Assembly (NCBI GenBank): GCA_001695645.1
Contig: LVZN01000013.1
Span: 12,336-44,335, forward strand
Source: Erysipelotrichaceae bacterium MTC7
GTDB taxonomy: Bacteria; Bacillota_I; Bacilli_A; Erysipelotrichales; Erysipelotrichaceae
DNA: 32,000 nt
Reading direction: 5' to 3'
A program made the position numbers and the translations under genes. Shown in pieces: positions 28,522 through 32,000 of this stretch (positions are counted from its first letter, which is position 1; each line of letters begins with the position of its first letter). A model generated the notes under the pieces. It saw only the letters and a program-made list of their open reading frames with translations, made no database searches and was not told the origin of the DNA.

Positions 28522-30660
28522 CTACTTCTTATTTTCAAAATAGTATTTCGAAATTTTCCCAACTGGTGGACCACAAACATTACTACCTAAGTTGTTGGTA
28601 TTGTTGGTGTAGTTTGGTGCAATACAACTTACAACGATTTCAGGTTCCTCATAAGGTCCATAAGCCACAATCGAATTGGAAGTTGTGATTTGTACATCTC
28701 CATCTGCGTAAATATCATTTTCCGCAGTTCCGGTCTTTACCGCCATTTTAACACCAACAGCTGCATCTTTTACATCTGCTGGACAAATACCAGCTTTCCC
28801 ATCGACTCCTTCAATACAACCGCGCATTCCTTCTTGTGCCCGTTTTAAATATTCTTCCACATGTGTCCCTTTTAACGTCGAAAGAATGTTGGTTCCCATT
28901 TTATAAATCACCGTTTCAGGGTCATTCACTTCCGTTACTTGATTTAAAAAGTGTGGTTGTACGCGCTTTCCACCATTGGCAATCGTTGCACCATATTGTG
29001 CAAGTTGCATCGATGTATAGGTATCGTATTGACCAATGGCCATCGCCATAATTTTCCCATGTTCTTCGGATCCACCAATGGCTCCGACACTTTCAGTTGG
29101 AACATCCAATCCTGTTTCTACACCAAGTCCAAACATATTGTAATATGTTCGCATCTTTTCAAACGTTCCATCAACATATGGCATTGCCATGTTTGGCACA
29201 TAACTTTTCATCCCGGCCATACGCAAAGCAATTTCAGCCATATACACGTTACTTGAAACCGCAATTGCAGCACGATCGGTAATTGCTCCCCAAGTTTGAT
29301 AACTCGCAAATTTTGGAGTACCTTGGAAAGTCAACGGCTGGTCAACAATTACTTCTCCTGGTTGAATCACACCTTCTTCTAGTCCCATGTATAAGGTCGC
29401 CATCTTAACGGTACTACCTACACGTTCTGCATTTAAATAGGTCCCACTTGGAATGGATTCCAGTTCCCCATCTTTATTTTTTTGCAGACCTGCTGTTGCC
29501 AACACTTCCCCTGTATTGACATCAAGAACCGTCATATACATATTGTTGAAATACTGTGCATCAGCAGTACGACTCTGTACTGCTTCTCGCAACAATTTAT
29601 CTGCTTCTTTCATTAAGTTCACATCAATGGAAAGCGTTAAATCATAACCGCTTTTTCCTGCATTGTTTTCTTCTAGGTTTGCTAAACCATCACTTCCATA
29701 ACTGATGTCATAGTCTTTTGTTGTTCCTGAAAGGAATTCTTCGTATTGCTTTTCAATACCTGAAATACCTATTCTTTGGTTCATTGCATATCCCAATCCA
29801 AGATAATATTCCATATTCTCAGAAGGCAATCCTTGGGTTTGGTCCGATACACTTCCGATAATCGATTTTACAACGGGATTATCATCTTCATAATATACCC
29901 GTTTCCAATCATCACGATATTCAAAACCTGGGTACTCTCCATGATTTTCCAATAACTTGGCAATTTGGTCATTTTCAACATCTTCTTTAATGATCTTGAA
30001 TTCGTTTTCTGGAGCTTGATTCATCAACATGTACGTTAAGTAAAGTTGTTTGGTATGTTCGTCCAATTGTGAAATATCCATACGCTCAATTTTTAAAGCA
30101 TAGGCATCATCAGTAGCTAATTTCCCTTTATTTGCTGCGGTCAATTCTTCTTCTGTAAGTAGATCGTTAAAATTATTTCCATGCAATTGATATTCATGTT
30201 GATAGTGCATATCTTTTAATTGACGTTCAGTAATTGCCAAAGATTGGACACCTCGCGAATTTGTTTTTGTCAGTGACATTCCAAAATTATCAAGGAATTT
30301 TTCTGCTAGTGCCCATTCTTCTTTCGCACTGATATTTTCAGGTGGATAGTAAAAAATGGACAATGATTTCTTTGAGGAAGCCAAAAGTACACCATTGCGG
30401 TCTTTGATATCTCCACGTGGTGGTGCAAATGCTTGGCGTTTCATTGTGAAAGCTTCTAGTTTAATTGCATATTCATCTTGTTTTACCAGTTGAATTTGCA
30501 CTAAACGAACAGCGATAAGCAAAAAAGCAGCCACGATTAACGCAATGAAAACACGTGATCGAAAATTGATTACTTTTGCTAAATCATCCTTTTTTCTAAA
30601 TATATTACTTGAACGTCTGCGACGATCAAGATCGCTTTTACGAAATGGGTTTGTTATCAT
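28522..30660 (-). CDS. class B penicillin-binding protein (PBP2/PBP2B-type transpeptidase)
   Basis: Track ORF trimmed to ATG 30660 (MITNPFRKSD..., GGAGAG SD). N-terminal TM anchor. Active-site triad STVK (SxxK), SSN (SxN) and KTGT. Confidence 0.92.
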   Translation of the reverse strand: MITNPFRKSDLDRRRRSSNIFRKKDDLAKVINFRSRVFIALIVAAFLLIAVRLVQIQLVKQDEYAIKLEAFTMKRQAFAPPRGDIKDRNGVLLASSKKSLSIFYYPPENISAKEEWALAEKFLDNFGMSLTKTNSRGVQSLAITERQLKDMHYQHEYQLHGNNFNDLLTEEELTAANKGKLATDDAYALKIERMDISQLDEHTKQLYLTYMLMNQAPENEFKIIKEDVENDQIAKLLENHGEYPGFEYRDDWKRVYYEDDNPVVKSIIGSVSDQTQGLPSENMEYYLGLGYAMNQRIGISGIEKQYEEFLSGTTKDYDISYGSDGLANLEENNAGKSGYDLTLSIDVNLMKEADKLLREAVQSRTADAQYFNNMYMTVLDVNTGEVLATAGLQKNKDGELESIPSGTYLNAERVGSTVKMATLYMGLEEGVIQPGEVIVDQPLTFQGTPKFASYQTWGAITDRAAIAVSSNVYMAEIALRMAGMKSYVPNMAMPYVDGTFEKMRTYYNMFGLGVETGLDVPTESVGAIGGSEEHGKIMAMAIGQYDTYTSMQLAQYGATIANGGKRVQPHFLNQVTEVNDPETVIYKMGTNILSTLKGTHVEEYLKRAQEGMRGCIEGVDGKAGICPADVKDAAVGVKMAVKTGTAENDIYADGDVQITTSNSIVAYGPYEEPEIVVSCIAPNYTNNTNNLGSNVCGPPVGKISKYYFENKK

Positions 30661-30682
30661 AGTTGCTCTCCAGTACCAAAAC

Positions 30683-30688
30683 ATTATA
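30683..30688 (-). promoter_or_regulatory. candidate -10 (TATAAT) for the PBP gene
   Basis: Minus strand: GCTATAATGTTTTGGTACTGGAGAGCAACT-ATG. The -35 is poor (TAAGCA). Confidence 0.4.
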
Positions 30689-30766
30689 GCATGAATCTGC
30701 TTTTTTGCTTACGCTTCCATGTGAAAAATTAATGAAACTTTATAATTATACACAAGCGAAAAAGAA

Positions 30767-30775
30767 TGGTATAAT
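30767..30775 (+). promoter_or_regulatory. extended -10 promoter element (TGgTATAAT) for ispG
   Basis: AATGGTATAATGCGAGTAGGTGATATT-ATG. This makes the track's upstream extension (30705..30791) non-coding. Confidence 0.6.
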
Positions 30776-30791
30776 GCGAGTAGGTGATATT

Positions 30792-31850
30792 ATGAAAACA
30801 AGAAATCAAACAAGACCCATTCAAGTTGGTAATGTAACCATCGGTGGGCAAAATAAAGTTGTAATTCAATCGATGTGTTCGATTAAAACAAGCAAAGTCC
30901 AAGAAGTCGTCGAACAAATCTATCGACTCGAAGAAGTTGGTTGCCAGATCGTTCGTGTCTCGGTGATGGATGACGATGATGCAAAAGCCATCAAAGAAAT
31001 AAAGAAATACATCCATATTCCACTTGTTGCTGACATTCATTTCAATTACAAGCAAGCAATTGCTGCCATTGAAAATGGTGCAGACAAAATTCGTTTGAAT
31101 CCGGGAAACATCGGTTCTAAAGAAAATGTTCAAAAAGTGGTAAACCTTTGTAAGGAAAAGCATATTCCAATTCGCATCGGCATCAACTCAGGTTCTTTGG
31201 AAAAGGACATTCATGAAAAATATGGAAAACCAACCGCAGAAGGAATGATTGAAAGTGCCCAGCGACACGTGCAAATTTTGGAAGATATGGATTTCTATGA
31301 CATCTGTTTATCGTTCAAAAGTAGTGATGTACAACTATGTATTGATGTGTACCGACTTGCAGCCAAAACCTTTGACTATCCATTACACTTAGGAGTCACA
31401 GAAGCTGGAAACTTTGCCATTTCTTCCATCAAAAGTAGTGTTGCACTAGGCACCTTATTGGAAGCAGGTATTGGGGATACCATGCGTGTATCCGTCAATG
31501 GTGAACCAGAGGAAGAAATTTTTATTTGTAAGCAAATACTAAAAAGTTTACATTTGATTGATAAAGTTGCAAACCTCATTGCTTGCCCTACTTGCGGACG
31601 CACCCAGTTTGATATTCGCCCTATCGTAAACGAAATGGAAGCATACATGCGCACTGTCAACAAAGACATTACCGTTGCCATTATGGGCTGTGCAGTCAAT
31701 GGTCCAGGTGAAGCTAAACACGCAGACATTGCCATAGCTGGTGGAAAAGATGATGGCTTACTCATCAAGAAAGGTGAAATCATCAAACGGGTTAAACAAG
31801 AAGATATGGTAAGTGTCTTAAAAGCTGAAATAGATGCATTTGAAGGTTGA
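30792..31850 (+). CDS. ispG: 4-hydroxy-3-methylbut-2-en-1-yl diphosphate synthase (MEP pathway, [4Fe-4S])
   Basis: Track ORF trimmed to ATG 30792 (MKTRNQTRPIQVGNVTIGGQNKVVIQSM...). RVSV, IRLNPGN and the C-terminal cluster ligands CPTCGR...GCAVNGPGE. Confidence 0.96.
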   Translation: MKTRNQTRPIQVGNVTIGGQNKVVIQSMCSIKTSKVQEVVEQIYRLEEVGCQIVRVSVMDDDDAKAIKEIKKYIHIPLVADIHFNYKQAIAAIENGADKIRLNPGNIGSKENVQKVVNLCKEKHIPIRIGINSGSLEKDIHEKYGKPTAEGMIESAQRHVQILEDMDFYDICLSFKSSDVQLCIDVYRLAAKTFDYPLHLGVTEAGNFAISSIKSSVALGTLLEAGIGDTMRVSVNGEPEEEIFICKQILKSLHLIDKVANLIACPTCGRTQFDIRPIVNEMEAYMRTVNKDITVAIMGCAVNGPGEAKHADIAIAGGKDDGLLIKKGEIIKRVKQEDMVSVLKAEIDAFEG

Positions 31851-31868
31851 GTTCGCTCAACCTTTTTT
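31845..31868 (+). terminator. rho-independent terminator of ispG
   Basis: GGTTGAG-TTCG-CTCAACC followed by TTTTTT. The TGA stop is inside the 5' arm. Confidence 0.85.
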
Positions 31869-31896
31869 CAACAAAAAACCTACCGAACGGTAGGTT
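31866..31896 (-). terminator. rho-independent terminator for a convergent minus-strand gene at the right edge
   Basis: Minus strand: AACCTACC-GTTC-GGTAGGTT followed by TTTTGTTG. Starts right after a TAA at 31899..31897. Confidence 0.6.
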
Positions 31897-32000
31897 TTAG
31901 TCGATAATATTCACAAACGTTTTGGGAGTGTCAAGAAAAGTGTGTAAGTAATTAATGGAAGTTAATGTACTTGTTAACACGTTCCTCAAAATTGGGATTG
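31897..32000 (-). CDS. possible 3' end (34 codons) of an unidentified minus-strand gene entering from the right edge
   Basis: My own translation is open from the window edge to TAA at 31899..31897 (...IPILRNVLTSTLTSINYLHTFLDTPKTFVNIID*), followed by a terminator. Too short to identify. Confidence 0.3.
   Translation of the reverse strand, partial: IPILRNVLTSTLTSINYLHTFLDTPKTFVNIID

Noticed and set aside
28274-28580. Track ORFs 28274..28486(+) and 28395..28580(-) in the gap between the MBL hydrolase and the PBP gene
   Set aside because: The real gene here is the 49-aa rpmG (28313..28462, minus), which is too short for the track. Both listed ORFs are out-of-frame or antisense shadows of it.
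1-32000. Search for rRNA, tRNA, CRISPR arrays, IS elements or transposases, prophage genes, toxin-antitoxin pairs and known defence-system signatures
   Set aside because: None was found. All intergenic gaps are under 200 nt and are accounted for by promoters, leaders and terminators. No direct-repeat/spacer periodicity, no cloverleaf-like GC-rich segments and no DDE or serine recombinase motifs were seen.

Overview
About 32 kb of a low-GC Bacillota (Firmicutes)-type chromosome. It is dominated by housekeeping operons, and 33 of 36 genes sit on the minus strand. Three well-known conserved blocks are present. Block 1 is rseP(partial)-dxr-cdsA-uppS-frr-pyrH ... tsf-rpsB. Block 2 is xerC-trmFO-topA-dprA. 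Block 3 is rnhB-rbgA(ylqF)-lepB ... rplS-trmD-rimM-khpA-rpsP. These are followed by a complete comGA-comGG competence pseudopilus operon, an MBL-fold hydrolase, rpmG, a class B PBP and ispG. No rRNA, tRNA, CRISPR array, transposase or phage gene was seen. Three accessory pieces interrupt otherwise conserved synteny. (a) A ~5 kb segment lies between pyrH and tsf. It carries a plus-strand two-gene operon and a 1003-aa surface adhesin. The operon encodes a DUF134/UPF0251 putative regulator translationally coupled to an Mrp/NBP35 ATPase fused to a NifX-like cofactor-binding domain and a His-rich tail. The adhesin has a VWA domain, seven ~80-aa repeats and a non-canonical wall-sorting signal. (b) An orphan CopB-type (CPH motif, His/Met-rich N-terminus) P1B ATPase lies between rplS and lepB. 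(c) The comG operon abuts rpsP. The most interesting non-coding observation is an identical 13-nt box, TTACCTATATATA, directly upstream of the ribosome-binding sites of both dprA and comGA, two unlinked competence genes about 10 kb apart. It is a candidate competence-regulon promoter or operator element. The best candidate for an undescribed system is the DUF134 + Mrp::NifX-like::His-tail operon, which has a perfect 14-bp palindrome over its -35. Everything here comes from reading the sequence and the ORF track; no database search was run. Hand-derived motif coordinates may be off by 1-2 nt, and I found my own counts of homopolymer runs unreliable around 24000-24060. Several track ORFs begin at upstream alternative start codons, and I trimmed these to the ATG that has a Shine-Dalgarno sequence.
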